Shown: positions 17,572-27,706, counted from the stretch's first letter. The stretch is DNA of 64,000 nt from Verrucomicrobiia bacterium (GCA_963664225.1 OY760937.1:5664001-5728000); one strand, 5' to 3'. A program made the numbers and translations. The notes: generated by a model from the sequence alone, not told the origin.

Positions 17572-19494
17572 ATGAATTCAGGTTTAAGGATTCGTATTGA
17601 CAAGAGTTTGAAGCTGGTTCAGGGACAATTGCTTGAACAATTGCAGCCTGGGCGGGGCTGGGAGGGATATCTCTCCAGCAGTGCTTTATCGACGGCGGTA
17701 GCAGTTTTGGCACTCGCACATACCAACGCCGACGCTCATCAACGCTGGATTGCCGATGGTTTGGGTTGGCTGGCCGCCAATGCAAATGAAGATGGAGCTT
17801 GGGGTGATGCGCCGGGAAGTCCAAGCAACATGAGCACCACCTTGCTCTGCTGGTCCGCCATGGTTTGGTCACGTGATGGAAAGCATTTGTCGGCGGTGGA
17901 ACGGGCAGAGGAGTGGCTGCGTGTGAACTTGGGCGCGTTGGATGGAGACCACATTGCGGATGCAATTCTCCATTTTTACGGAAATGACCGCACTTTTTCG
18001 GCGCCGATTCTTACGGTGTGCGCTTTATCCGGAAGGCTTGGAAAGGGTTTGGAAGCATGGAGGCTGGTTCCGCAACTTCCCTTTGAGCTGGCCATTTTCC
18101 CATATCAGCTTTTCAGATGGCTCCATCTGTCCGTGGTCAGCTATGCCATTCCGGCATTGATTGCAATTGGCCTGGTCCGTCACCATCATGGCGGTTCCGG
18201 GTTCTCACCGCGTCGGATGTTTCGGGAACGCATCAAGAACAGAACGCTTGAGATTCTGGCGTCCATGCAGCCCCAATCGGGCGGTTATCTGGAGGCCACG
18301 CCACTGACGGGCTTTGTTGCACTGGGCTTGGCCAACTCAGGCTATTCCGGGCATCGAGTCACCAAGAAATGCGTGGAATTTTTGATCGCCTCAGCAAGGG
18401 AGGACGGCAGTTGGCCCATCGATACGAACCTGGCAACATGGGTGACGACTCAAGCTGTTAATCAAATTTCTGAGAAGGAAAATCCTTTATCTCGCGCGCA
18501 ATGTGATGGATTGCGCCAATGGCTTCTTGACCAGCAATACACCGTAGAGCATCCGTTCACGCATGCTCCTCCCGGTGGCTGGGCATGGACTGATTTGTCC
18601 GGCGGAGTGCCCGACGCGGACGACACCGCAGGGGCACTTCTGGCGTTGTTCCGTCTTGGCCCGGTGGATCAGCGCACACAAAAGGCTGCCAAGGCAGGTT
18701 TGCAGTGGCTTCTCGATTTACAAAATGGCGATGGGGGCATTCCCACCTTTTGCCGTGGATGGGGGAAGCTGCCGTTTGACCGTAGTTGCCCGGATATCAC
18801 GGCGCATGCGATGCGGGCATTCTGGGATTGGCGCAATTCGGTGGACGGTCCCCTGAAGAAACGCCTGGAAACAGCATTGGAGAAGGGACTTTCCTATCTC
18901 AAGAAATCCCAAACCGCGTCTGGTTCCTGGCTGCCGTTGTGGTTTGGAAACCAGGAGTCCAAGGGACATTCCAATCCGACTTATGGCACCTCTGCTGTGG
19001 TGATGTCGTTATGCGCCGTTGCGGCAGATCACCATGAGAAAGTAATGAATGCGCTGGAAAAGGGGTGTCAATGGCTGGTCTCCGCGCAAAATGCCGACGG
19101 GGGGTGGGGTGGGGATATTGGAGTCCGCTCAACAATCGAGGAGACTGCGCTGGCGGTTAGCGCGCTGGCCGAAGCAGGCATGGATTATGAAAGGTCCTAT
19201 CTCGCAGGAATTGAATGGCTCCTCAATCGCAGCCGGGAATGCACACAATGGCACCCGGCGCCAATCGGGCTTTATTTCGCATCGCTATGGTATTCCGAGC
19301 GGTTGTATCCGCAGGTATTCACAATGGGAGCGCTGACGCGAGCGGCCAAATGGATGAGCGAGGAAACGGGTCGTCTGCAGAAGGAAAGAATTAGCGGGTT
19401 TGATGGAGTGGCGCCAGTTCCGTGCAACGAAGGGCCCGAAGGAAATTCGGGTGGAAGCGCGGACAGACAAAAAGGCTCTCACCGCCGAGCCTGA
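17572..19494 (+). CDS. Class II terpene cyclase, squalene-hopene cyclase family (divergent)
   Basis: Protonation motif 'PDADDTA'; QW repeats (NEDGAW, REDGSW, QNGDGG, QTASGSW, QNADGGW); 'WEGYLSSS', 'SCPDITA', 'STIEETA'; 640 aa beta-gamma didomain size. Confidence 0.9.
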   Translation: MNSGLRIRIDKSLKLVQGQLLEQLQPGRGWEGYLSSSALSTAVAVLALAHTNADAHQRWIADGLGWLAANANEDGAWGDAPGSPSNMSTTLLCWSAMVWSRDGKHLSAVERAEEWLRVNLGALDGDHIADAILHFYGNDRTFSAPILTVCALSGRLGKGLEAWRLVPQLPFELAIFPYQLFRWLHLSVVSYAIPALIAIGLVRHHHGGSGFSPRRMFRERIKNRTLEILASMQPQSGGYLEATPLTGFVALGLANSGYSGHRVTKKCVEFLIASAREDGSWPIDTNLATWVTTQAVNQISEKENPLSRAQCDGLRQWLLDQQYTVEHPFTHAPPGGWAWTDLSGGVPDADDTAGALLALFRLGPVDQRTQKAAKAGLQWLLDLQNGDGGIPTFCRGWGKLPFDRSCPDITAHAMRAFWDWRNSVDGPLKKRLETALEKGLSYLKKSQTASGSWLPLWFGNQESKGHSNPTYGTSAVVMSLCAVAADHHEKVMNALEKGCQWLVSAQNADGGWGGDIGVRSTIEETALAVSALAEAGMDYERSYLAGIEWLLNRSRECTQWHPAPIGLYFASLWYSERLYPQVFTMGALTRAAKWMSEETGRLQKERISGFDGVAPVPCNEGPEGNSGGSADRQKGSHRRA

Positions 19495-19699
19495 GCGTGA
19501 AGAACGACATGGCTAAGACAAATAACCTAATCTGCCTGTTAAGTTAACTATAATAACCTGTCAAACGCCTTCGACACAGTTTGAGAGCCAACGGCTATAG
19601 TCTGGCAAATATTGCAAATATTGGCAATGCGAAAACATGAATTTGTTCATTTTGATTTTTCCATCGTCACCGAGGCCCCGGTTTAGTTAGATAAAGGGG

Positions 19700-20449
19700 A
19701 TGTTATCAGAAAAGCCATGGCAACCCGAGGCCGTGTGGAGGATGGTGATGGCTAATTTTGCCACGCTGTTTCTGGGAATGCTGGCCGCCAGCATTCTTAC
19801 GCGCCTGCTTGGTGGCTGGAACCGGAGTGATTTGGAGATGGTCCATTTTTCTTTAGTGGCCGCAAGTTTTCAAGGGGCGACGTTTGTTTTGGCAGCATTG
19901 TTGTGCCGTTCGCAGAAGGTGACATGGAATGAAGCTTTTGGAATTTCAAACCGGCCACTGCGCGCGCTGAGCATTGCCAGTGTTGTGGCGGTTGGCACTT
20001 TGATTGGGGCGATGATTTTAGGCGCCGTCGCCTCGGCGGTCATGCTGCAACTGGGGATGAAACCAGAAGCCCAACAAGCTGTGCAGATGTTGCAGTCGAC
20101 GGAATCGATCTGGCGGCGGGCATTTTATGGCCTGGTGGCCATTCTGATCGCGCCGGCTGCGGAGGAAATTCTCTTTCGGGGTCTGGTGTATCCCTCGATC
20201 AAACAGATGGGATTCCCAAGGCTGGCGTTATGGGGCACTTCTCTGATTTTTGCGGCAACACATGTCAATGCCATGGCACTTCTTCCTCTGACATTTGTGG
20301 CGCTCATGTTTACACTGTTGTATGAAAAAACGAACAATCTGCTCGCGCCGATTCTGGCCCATTCGATGTTCAACGCGGTCAATTTTGCAATTCTGATTTT
20401 TCAGAAGGATCTTACCAGTATCTGGGATTCGCTCTATGAACGAATTTGA
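19700..20449 (+). CDS. CPBP (CAAX/Abi) family intramembrane glutamic endopeptidase
   Basis: Multiple TM helices; 'APAAEEILFRG', 'FAATH', 'AHSMFN'. Confidence 0.9.
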   Translation: MLSEKPWQPEAVWRMVMANFATLFLGMLAASILTRLLGGWNRSDLEMVHFSLVAASFQGATFVLAALLCRSQKVTWNEAFGISNRPLRALSIASVVAVGTLIGAMILGAVASAVMLQLGMKPEAQQAVQMLQSTESIWRRAFYGLVAILIAPAAEEILFRGLVYPSIKQMGFPRLALWGTSLIFAATHVNAMALLPLTFVALMFTLLYEKTNNLLAPILAHSMFNAVNFAILIFQKDLTSIWDSLYERI

Positions 20450-21350
20450 TCTGATCAGGCTTCTGACGGCTGGCTTGCCCTCCAACGATACCACCATTTT
20501 GGGGGCTGGGGATGATTGTGCGGTTCTTGATCTGGGATTATCGGACCGCTGGCTGCTTTTTAAAACGGACGCCGTGGTTGAAGGAATTCATTATACTTCG
20601 GATGCCAAGCCGGAAGAAGTGGGCCACAAGGCATTGGCCAGGTGCCTGAGCGATGTCGCCGCCATGGCGGGCAAACCGGTGGCTGCGCTGGTTACGCTGG
20701 GCCTTCCGCAGGAGTATGATCCAAAATGGGCGCTGGCGGTTTACGCCGGCATGAGCGAATTGGCGCGACGCTATCGCGTGGCCATTGTGGGCGGCGAAAC
20801 CACAACGGTCCCTGAGCGCACATTGCTGTCTGTGGCGCTTTTGGGAACGGTGGACAAGAATAAATGCCTAAAGAGGTCGGGCGCCCTGGCGGGAGACGCC
20901 ATCTTTGTAACCGGCGAACTGGGCGGTTCCATTCAAGGAAAGCACCTTGACTTTGAGCCGCGCATGGAACAGGCACAGTGGCTGGCAACTCACTTTTCGA
21001 TCCACGCGATGATCGATGTCAGCGATGGTTTGGCGGGGGATTTGCGCCATATCACAAATTCCAGCGGTGTGGGCGCCGAACTCCTTGCGAGTGCGATTCC
21101 CGTGAGCGATGCGGCTCGCAAGGGGGGCAAGCCCCCAATGCAGGCGGCTCTTGAGGATGGCGAGGATTTTGAATTGTTGTTTACCGTTCCAGCGCGTGAG
21201 GCGGTTGCTTTGCTGGACGCCTGGAAATTGGAGTTCCCCGGATTGAAGCTTTCATGCATCGGGAAAATCACAAAGAATCCCGGCTTCATTCTGCATGAAG
21301 GGAACCGGACAAGGGACATTCTGGAGCATGGTTACACTCATTTCGCATAG
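20436..21350 (+). CDS. thiL: Thiamine-monophosphate kinase
   Basis: 'MNEFDLI', 'GDDCAV', 'KTDAVVEGIH', 'LSDVAAMAG', 'IDVSDGL', 'GEDFELLFT'. Confidence 0.95.
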   Translation: MNEFDLIRLLTAGLPSNDTTILGAGDDCAVLDLGLSDRWLLFKTDAVVEGIHYTSDAKPEEVGHKALARCLSDVAAMAGKPVAALVTLGLPQEYDPKWALAVYAGMSELARRYRVAIVGGETTTVPERTLLSVALLGTVDKNKCLKRSGALAGDAIFVTGELGGSIQGKHLDFEPRMEQAQWLATHFSIHAMIDVSDGLAGDLRHITNSSGVGAELLASAIPVSDAARKGGKPPMQAALEDGEDFELLFTVPAREAVALLDAWKLEFPGLKLSCIGKITKNPGFILHEGNRTRDILEHGYTHFA

Positions 21351-21771
21351 TCCGGAGGAGACCGGGCAATTGGGGGAAAGTTGGGGACGAGTCGCCGCCG
21401 CAGGCTGGCTCATTGGTTTGACCGGAGACCTTGGCGCCGGAAAGACCCAATTTGTAAAAGGGTTCGCGCGGGGACTTGACGTGACCGAACGGGTGCATTC
21501 GCCAACATTCGCACTCGCCATTGAGTATCACGGCGGTCGGCTGCCATTGTTTCATCTGGACCTGTATCGTTTGGAAAACGCACAGGAAGTCTTTAGCGCG
21601 GGATTGGAGGAATATTTTCATCAACGCAATGGGGTGACCATCGTGGAATGGGCGGAACGCGCTCCAGTCCACGGCGAAAGTGTCCACACCGGCATGCGTT
21701 ACCGGCGGGTCTTGATCGAGAGCATTGGAGAAAATGACAGGAAAATCAGCTATGAAGATTTTGGCGATTGA
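21328..21771 (+). CDS. tsaE: tRNA t6A biosynthesis ATPase TsaE
   Basis: 'LTGDLGAGKT', 'VHSPTF', 'HLDLYRL', 'IVEWAE'; start at ATG 21328 overlapping the thiL end. Confidence 0.95.
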   Translation: MVTLISHSPEETGQLGESWGRVAAAGWLIGLTGDLGAGKTQFVKGFARGLDVTERVHSPTFALAIEYHGGRLPLFHLDLYRLENAQEVFSAGLEEYFHQRNGVTIVEWAERAPVHGESVHTGMRYRRVLIESIGENDRKISYEDFGD

Positions 21772-22435
21772 ATTTTCAAGCGTTCAACGAAGCGTCGCCC
21801 TTTTGGAAGTGTTGCCGACGAGTCAAGTCAGGGCAGGTGATCTGAATGTGGCGGCTTGCATCACGGAAACTGGTTTGGGCAAAACCAGGGCGATGCCGAT
21901 GATTGAAAACGCCTTAAATCAGGCGGCCTGGGAAAGGCAGGAGATCGATACATTGGTTGTGGGCCTTGGTCCTGGATCCTATACGGGCATTCGCGCCGGT
22001 ATCTCCATTGCCCAAGGCTGGCAATTGGGGCGCTGCGTCAACATCCAGGGTGTTAGCAGCATGGAATGCCTGGCGGCGCGTGCCCATGCCGCCGGATGGC
22101 GTGAGCAGACGCATTTCGTTCTGGACGCCCAGAGAGGTGAATTTTACATGGCCGCCTATGATTTTGACGCACAGACGGCAAAATGTTGCGAGCACCTGGA
22201 ATTAGTTTCACGAGAAAAGGTGCAGGCGGTTCTCGATAAAGGCGGACGTGCGGCTGGGCCTGAAATCTCGAGATGGTTTCCTGGCGGATTTGAATTGTAT
22301 CCCGATGCGGTCACTCTCGGATTGATGGCAGCCCGGGAGCAAAAGTATATTCCCGGGGAACAACTGGAACCGATCTATCTACGCGCAACCACGTTCGTCA
22401 AGGCACCCACTCCCCGGCATATTTCCACCGATTAG
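21752..22435 (+). CDS. tsaB: tRNA t6A biosynthesis protein TsaB
   Basis: 'MKILAIE', 'GPGSYTGIR', 'LDAQRGEFY', 'LEPIYLR'. Confidence 0.92.
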   Translation: MKILAIEFSSVQRSVALLEVLPTSQVRAGDLNVAACITETGLGKTRAMPMIENALNQAAWERQEIDTLVVGLGPGSYTGIRAGISIAQGWQLGRCVNIQGVSSMECLAARAHAAGWREQTHFVLDAQRGEFYMAAYDFDAQTAKCCEHLELVSREKVQAVLDKGGRAAGPEISRWFPGGFELYPDAVTLGLMAAREQKYIPGEQLEPIYLRATTFVKAPTPRHISTD

Positions 22436-22459
22436 CAGGGGCTAAATCCTCTTCGACAG

Positions 22460-22500
22460 AAAAAGAAAACCCGCCCAATCGTCAGGCGACAGGCGGGTTC
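22460..22500 (-). terminator. Intrinsic terminator for the clpC operon
   Basis: Stem aacccgcc...ggcgggtt preceded by aaaaagaaaa (U-tract on the minus strand), between convergent tsaB and clpC. Confidence 0.65.
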
Positions 22501-22525
22501 TGTTTCAAAGTATTTGGAGCCGGGC

Positions 22526-25030
22526 TTAAGAAGCCGAGGCTCCCGTCAACGCTCCTGCGGAAGGGGCGTTTTGCGAAAAACTCAACTTGTCTTTCTCGAG
22601 TGAAACAATAACGGGTTCGGTGCCGTGCAGTTTGCCTTTGAGAATCTCCTCCGCGAGCGGATCTTCGAGGTAGCGTTCCACCGCACGGCGCATTGGACGC
22701 GCGCCATAAGCGGGATCGTAGCCTTTTTCGATGATGAAGTCCCTGGCCATTTCCTCCAGCTTTAGTTTGATGTTTTTTGTCTTTAGACGCACTTCGAGCT
22801 TTGCGACTTCCAAATCCAGAATCTCAATCAGATCCGGCTTGGTCAGCGAGCGGAATACAATGACATCATCCAGACGATTCAAGAACTCGGGCTTGAACGT
22901 TTTCCTGGCTTCTTCCATCAGCCGTTCCTTCATCTTATCGTAGGACGAAGTTTCTGTAGTCGTGGTGAAGCCGATCGCACCCTGCTTCTTAATGGTCTCG
23001 GCGCCGACATTTGAAGTCAGCAAAATGACGGTGTTCCGGAAATCCACCGCGCGTCCCATGCTGTCGGTCAACTTGCCTTCTTCCAATATCTGCAATAACA
23101 CGTTCCAGACATCGGGATGGGCTTTTTCGACTTCGTCGAACAGGACTACGGCGTACGGTTTACGCCTGACCTGTTCAGTGAGTTGTCCGCCATCTTCAAA
23201 ACCGACATAGCCCGGAGGAGAACCAATCAGCCGTGATACGGTGAATTTTTCCATGTATTCGCTCATATCGAGCTGAATGAGGCACTTGGCGTCACCAAAC
23301 ATTGTCTCGGCCAGAGTCTTGGCCAGCAGGGTTTTCCCCACACCGGTCGGACCAAGCAGCATGAATGTGCCGATTGGCCGCTTCGGGTCTTTCAAATCAG
23401 CGCGAGAACGGCGCAAGGCTTTACTCATGGCGGTGACCGCATCGGCCTGTCCAACCACGGTGCGGGTCATGTCCTTCTCCATGTTCAACAGCTTTTGGGA
23501 CTCGTCCTGTTCCATGCGCCGCAAAGGAATGCCGGTCCATTTGGCGACCACTTGCAAAATGTCGTCTTCGTCAATGACCACGCGCTTCTCATCGCGGCTC
23601 GTGCGCCATGCGGACAGGATGGATTCCAAGTTCTCCTTGGCGTGCTTTTCCTCGTCGCGCATGGAAGCGGCCCCCTCAAAATCCTGTTCCTTGATGGCGC
23701 GTTCCTTGCGGGCCTTGATGGCCTCGATCTCGGATTCTATGTGTTTGACATCCGGGGGGCGGGTCATGGACTTAATACGACCACGGGACCCCGCTTCGTC
23801 CATCACGTCGATGGCTTTATCGGGCAGGAAGCGCCCGCTTATGTAGCGATCGGACAATTTGACGGCGGCATCGATCGCGCCATCCGTGATCTCGGCCTTG
23901 TGGTGCTCTTCATATTTTGGGCGCAAACCTTTGAGGATTTGCACCGCCTCATCAATCGAGGGAGCTTCGACCTTGACCGTTTGAAAACGCCGTTCCAATG
24001 CCGCATCCTTTTCGATGTATTTGCGGTACTCGTTGAGGGTGGTGGCTCCAATGCATTGCATCTCGCCACGGCTCAGGGCGGGCTTGATGATGTTCGAGGC
24101 ATCCATCGTGCCTTCGGCCGAACCAGCTCCAACGATGGTGTGCAGTTCGTCGATGAAAAGCAGGACGTTCTTGGCTCGCCGGATTTCATCCATGACCGCC
24201 TTGATGCGTTCCTCAAATTGGCCGCGATATTTGGTGCCGGCCACCATCAGCGCCAGGTCCAGAGTGATCACCCGCTTGTCGCGAAGGAGTTCGGGGACAT
24301 TTCCATGGGCAATCTCCTGCGCCAATCCTTCGACTATGGCCGTCTTGCCCACACCGGCCTCACCGAGGAGAACAGGGTTGTTCTTGGTGCGGCGGCAAAG
24401 AATCTGAATCACCCGTTCGATCTCATTCTGACGGCCGATGACCGGGTCCATCTCGCCTTTACGGGCGATTTCGGTCAGGTCGCGTCCGAAGGCCTTCAAT
24501 GCCGGTGTTTTTACATCGCCTTTCTTGTCTGGAACTTTTTCCGATCCTTCAGGTTGAGGCTGTTCCTCGCCGGCGGAATAATTCGGATCAAGCTCCTTGA
24601 GCACTTCCTGACGGGCCTGCTCAATATCAATATCCAAGTCTTTCAGGACTCGGGCAGCAACGCCGTCCCCTTCCCGGAGAAGACCCAGAAGAATGTGCTC
24701 GGTGCCCACGTAAGTATGATTCAACGCTTTGGCCTCTTTGGCCGCAAGCGAGAGAACCTTTTTGACCCTGGGAGTGTAGGGGATATTGCCAATGACTTTT
24801 TGATCAGGCCCGGTGCCCACCTTCTTCTCCACTTCCAACCGCACGGTCTCCATGTCGAGACCGAGGCGCTGGAGGACATTGACTGCGACTCCCTGGCCCA
24901 ATTTTATCAGCCCAAGCAACAAATGTTCAGTGCCCAGAAAATTATGGTTCAACCGGTCAGCTTCCTTGCGGGCCAAAGCCAGCACCTGCTGTGCGCGCGG
25001 TGTGAAATTATTTAAAGACTCATCACTCAT
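22526..25030 (-). CDS. clpC: ATP-dependent Clp protease ATPase subunit ClpC
   Basis: Clp-N repeats 'FTPRAQ..GTEHLLL'; Walker A 'GEAGVGKT' and 'GPTGVGKT'; UVR-type M domain; 'IGF' ClpP loop; 'YGARP'. Start at ATG 25030. Confidence 0.95.
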   Translation of the reverse strand: MSDESLNNFTPRAQQVLALARKEADRLNHNFLGTEHLLLGLIKLGQGVAVNVLQRLGLDMETVRLEVEKKVGTGPDQKVIGNIPYTPRVKKVLSLAAKEAKALNHTYVGTEHILLGLLREGDGVAARVLKDLDIDIEQARQEVLKELDPNYSAGEEQPQPEGSEKVPDKKGDVKTPALKAFGRDLTEIARKGEMDPVIGRQNEIERVIQILCRRTKNNPVLLGEAGVGKTAIVEGLAQEIAHGNVPELLRDKRVITLDLALMVAGTKYRGQFEERIKAVMDEIRRAKNVLLFIDELHTIVGAGSAEGTMDASNIIKPALSRGEMQCIGATTLNEYRKYIEKDAALERRFQTVKVEAPSIDEAVQILKGLRPKYEEHHKAEITDGAIDAAVKLSDRYISGRFLPDKAIDVMDEAGSRGRIKSMTRPPDVKHIESEIEAIKARKERAIKEQDFEGAASMRDEEKHAKENLESILSAWRTSRDEKRVVIDEDDILQVVAKWTGIPLRRMEQDESQKLLNMEKDMTRTVVGQADAVTAMSKALRRSRADLKDPKRPIGTFMLLGPTGVGKTLLAKTLAETMFGDAKCLIQLDMSEYMEKFTVSRLIGSPPGYVGFEDGGQLTEQVRRKPYAVVLFDEVEKAHPDVWNVLLQILEEGKLTDSMGRAVDFRNTVILLTSNVGAETIKKQGAIGFTTTTETSSYDKMKERLMEEARKTFKPEFLNRLDDVIVFRSLTKPDLIEILDLEVAKLEVRLKTKNIKLKLEEMARDFIIEKGYDPAYGARPMRRAVERYLEDPLAEEILKGKLHGTEPVIVSLEKDKLSFSQNAPSAGALTGASAS

Positions 25031-25046
25031 ACTCAACTTTACAGTG

Positions 25047-26162
25047 CTACGTCCTTGACGGTTTGTCCAGTGATGTTCCATCCTGGCCGGACGATTTAAA
25101 TTGCGGACGCTTTACCAGGTTCAACCTGTCCCGCATCATGTCGGCCCGGATCACATCCCGCTCTTCAGCGGTCATTTTTTCCGAAACGCTCTTTTGGAGG
25201 TGAGCGGGTTGAGTGACAATGAACAACTCGTCCATCAAGAAGCTTTCAACACCTGGAAAAAGGCCCAAATCCAGGCCCAACCTCATGAGAGAAAGCAAAT
25301 TCATTGTTTCTTTTGAGGAAATGCTGTGAGCGTTGGCCAGGATTCCATAGGCGCGGCCGATATGGTTAAGGACCATCTTGTCCTTCTTTTCCATCAAGGA
25401 GGCGCGGGCGTTTTCCTCGTGCTCGATCAATTGGGCCAGGACCTTGTTAAGGCGCTCCACGATCTCGTTTTCGCTTTCGCCCAAGGTCATCTGGTTGGAG
25501 ACCTGAAAGACATTGCCCAAGGCTTCGGTGCCTTCTCCGTAAAGGCCTCGAACCGCAAATCCGAGCTTGTTGACCGCCTGAATGATCTGATTGATCTGCT
25601 CGGACAGCACCAAGCCGGGCAGGTGCAGCATCGCGCTAACGCGAATGCCCGTGCCTACGTTGGTGGGGCAGGCCGTAAGATAACCCAGAGGGGGCACAAA
25701 TGCGTAATCAAGAGATTTCTCAAGCGAGGAATCGACTTGATCGATGGTCGCCCAGACCTGGCGGATTTGCAGACCGGGGCTGATGGCCTGCATTCGCAAG
25801 TGATCCTCCTCGTTGATCATCACGCAGATGGACTCGTCTTTGCTGATGACCACGCCACTGCCGACGCTTTTGGCGGCATGTTCGCGGCTGATCAGATGGC
25901 GTTCCACCAGAATCTGTTTGTCCAGTGCCTTGAGATCGTCCATGGAGGTCGAGAATGCGTTTTGCATCTGCGGCAGACTTTCCACAGCCGTTTTAATGAG
26001 TTCGAGGGATTGGATTCGATCGTTTTTCTTGGCCCATCCTGGAAAGGGAAGATCCCTGAGATTTCGCGCCAGGCGCACCCGGCTCGAGAGCACGATACGG
26101 TGATTCGGGCCATTGCGTTTGCTGGCCTCAGCGGGCGAACTTAGAAATTCCTGCAATGTCAT
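25047..26162 (-). CDS. mcsB: Protein arginine kinase McsB
   Basis: 'SSRVRLARN', 'LVERHLIS', 'INEEDHLR', 'YLTACPTNVGTG', 'VRGLYGEG', 'FQVSNQ'. Confidence 0.95.
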   Translation of the reverse strand: MTLQEFLSSPAEASKRNGPNHRIVLSSRVRLARNLRDLPFPGWAKKNDRIQSLELIKTAVESLPQMQNAFSTSMDDLKALDKQILVERHLISREHAAKSVGSGVVISKDESICVMINEEDHLRMQAISPGLQIRQVWATIDQVDSSLEKSLDYAFVPPLGYLTACPTNVGTGIRVSAMLHLPGLVLSEQINQIIQAVNKLGFAVRGLYGEGTEALGNVFQVSNQMTLGESENEIVERLNKVLAQLIEHEENARASLMEKKDKMVLNHIGRAYGILANAHSISSKETMNLLSLMRLGLDLGLFPGVESFLMDELFIVTQPAHLQKSVSEKMTAEERDVIRADMMRDRLNLVKRPQFKSSGQDGTSLDKPSRT

Positions 26163-26166
26163 ACTA

Positions 26167-26682
26167 TTAACCGGCCACGTTCTGCGTCATTTGATCGCGC
26201 GTCTTTTTTATTTCGTCCCGCAAAAAGGCGGCTTCCTCGAAATTCTCGACTTTGATGGATTCCTGGAGTTGCTGCTGAAGCTTTCGCAGGCGCTCATTCA
26301 AATCCTGAACCTCGCGCAATCCGTGAGGCACTTTTCCAGTGTGTTTCAAGCCCTTGTGCATTGATTTGAGCAGTGGTTCGAGCGGTTCGGCAAAAACGGA
26401 GTAGCAGAAAGCGCAACCCAGCCGTCCGGTCTTCTTGAAATCCGCGATCGAAAACCCGCATTTGGGACATTTGGCCAGATCCGCTTCGTCTGAACGAGTC
26501 TCGGATTCCTGCGGGGTCGCTGCCAGCCCTTTGAGCAGCCCAACCAGGGAGAATCCGGTTGGATCGTCAACGCCTTTGGCCTTTGAACATTGTTCGCACA
26601 AATCGACAGTCTGCATCTTGCTATCGATAATTTGTGTCAAATGCACCGAGGCTTCGTTCTTTTTGCACACATCGCACAACAT
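26167..26682 (-). CDS. mcsA: McsA, activator of McsB
   Basis: Four CxxC motifs (CDVC, CEQC, CPKC, CAFC), 'HTGKVP', C-terminal UVR 'ENFEEAAFLRDEI'. Confidence 0.93.
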   Translation of the reverse strand: MLCDVCKKNEASVHLTQIIDSKMQTVDLCEQCSKAKGVDDPTGFSLVGLLKGLAATPQESETRSDEADLAKCPKCGFSIADFKKTGRLGCAFCYSVFAEPLEPLLKSMHKGLKHTGKVPHGLREVQDLNERLRKLQQQLQESIKVENFEEAAFLRDEIKKTRDQMTQNVAG

Positions 26683-26687
26683 AACTA

Positions 26688-27560
26688 CTAAACGTATATC
26701 GACTCGCCACTGGTTTTAGTCAAGGAATGGTAGGCCTGAATCAGAGTTGCTGTGGCAGGTCCTGGTTTTCCGGTGCCAATCACACGGCCATCGATTTTGA
26801 CCACAGGCACAATTTCAGCCGCAGTCCCGGTCACAAAGCATTCCTCGGCGTTGTAGAGGTCATAGCGTGTCAGGTTGGGTTCCGAGACGGTCATGCCTGC
26901 TTTCCTGGCTAATTCCTGAACCACTCCACGGGTAATGCCGTAAAGCGCTCCGGCCGAGAGGGGAGGGGTCAGCAAGTGCCCTTCTTTGACGATGAAAATA
27001 TTGTCTCCGGTGCATTCAGCCACATACCCATCGGAATTGAGCAGAATCGCCTCTTCGCAGCCGGCATTGTTGGCCTCGATCTTGGCTAAAATGTTATTCA
27101 AATAATTCAGGGACTTGATCGCCGGATTCAGTGCGTTGTGAAGATTCCGGGTGGTGGGCACGGTTACGATGACCATTCCGTTGCGATACATTTCCTCCGG
27201 GTAGAGGGCGATTTTGTCCGCAATAATGATCACCGAGGGATTCTTGCAGCGGTTGGGATTCAGACCCAGCGTGCCAACACCGCGGGTGACCACCAACCGG
27301 ATGTAGCCATCCTTGATGTTGTTTTGACGGCAGGATTCCACGACGGCTTTGACAAACTCGGCATGGGACAAGGGCAAATCCAGGAGAATGGCCTTGGCGG
27401 AATAGAATAGCCGGTCAATATGCTCCTTGAGCCGGAATACTCTTCCGTTGTAAGCGCGGATGCCCTCGAAAATGCCATCTCCGTAAAGGAGACCGTGATC
27501 AAACACGGATATTTTCGCGTCCTTTTCTTCTACAAATTGGCCATCAATATAGATTTTCAT
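26688..27560 (-). CDS. ilvE: Branched-chain amino acid aminotransferase
   Basis: 'DHGLLYGDGIFEGIRAY', PLP lysine in 'IKSLNY', 'ECTGDN', 'GITR', 'TGTAAEI'. Confidence 0.95.
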   Translation of the reverse strand: MKIYIDGQFVEEKDAKISVFDHGLLYGDGIFEGIRAYNGRVFRLKEHIDRLFYSAKAILLDLPLSHAEFVKAVVESCRQNNIKDGYIRLVVTRGVGTLGLNPNRCKNPSVIIIADKIALYPEEMYRNGMVIVTVPTTRNLHNALNPAIKSLNYLNNILAKIEANNAGCEEAILLNSDGYVAECTGDNIFIVKEGHLLTPPLSAGALYGITRGVVQELARKAGMTVSEPNLTRYDLYNAEECFVTGTAAEIVPVVKIDGRVIGTGKPGPATATLIQAYHSLTKTSGESIYV

Positions 27561-27706
27561 GTTACTTGACTCGGCCAGCTTACTGGAAATGCCCCAATGG
27601 AATCAACTGACATTCTCATTATTGAGCAGCATTTTTCGGGCCGATTCGAGAAGTATTCGAGTTGCCGGGATGTCGGCCGTGGCCCTGACGCAAATTCAAG
27701 ATTCTC

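Noticed and set aside
19521..19628. Short repeats and palindromes (aataacct x2, gttaagttaac, caaatattg x2) between the cyclase and CPBP genes
   Set aside because: Too short in AT-rich intergenic DNA to distinguish from chance without comparative data.
23495..25015. 506-aa plus-strand ORF, and similar long antisense ORFs (4141-4998, 36186-37223, 47999-48931, 55460-56377, 58568-59818)
   Set aside because: They lie antisense to well-conserved genes, have no recognisable motifs, and are expected shadows of GC-biased codon usage.
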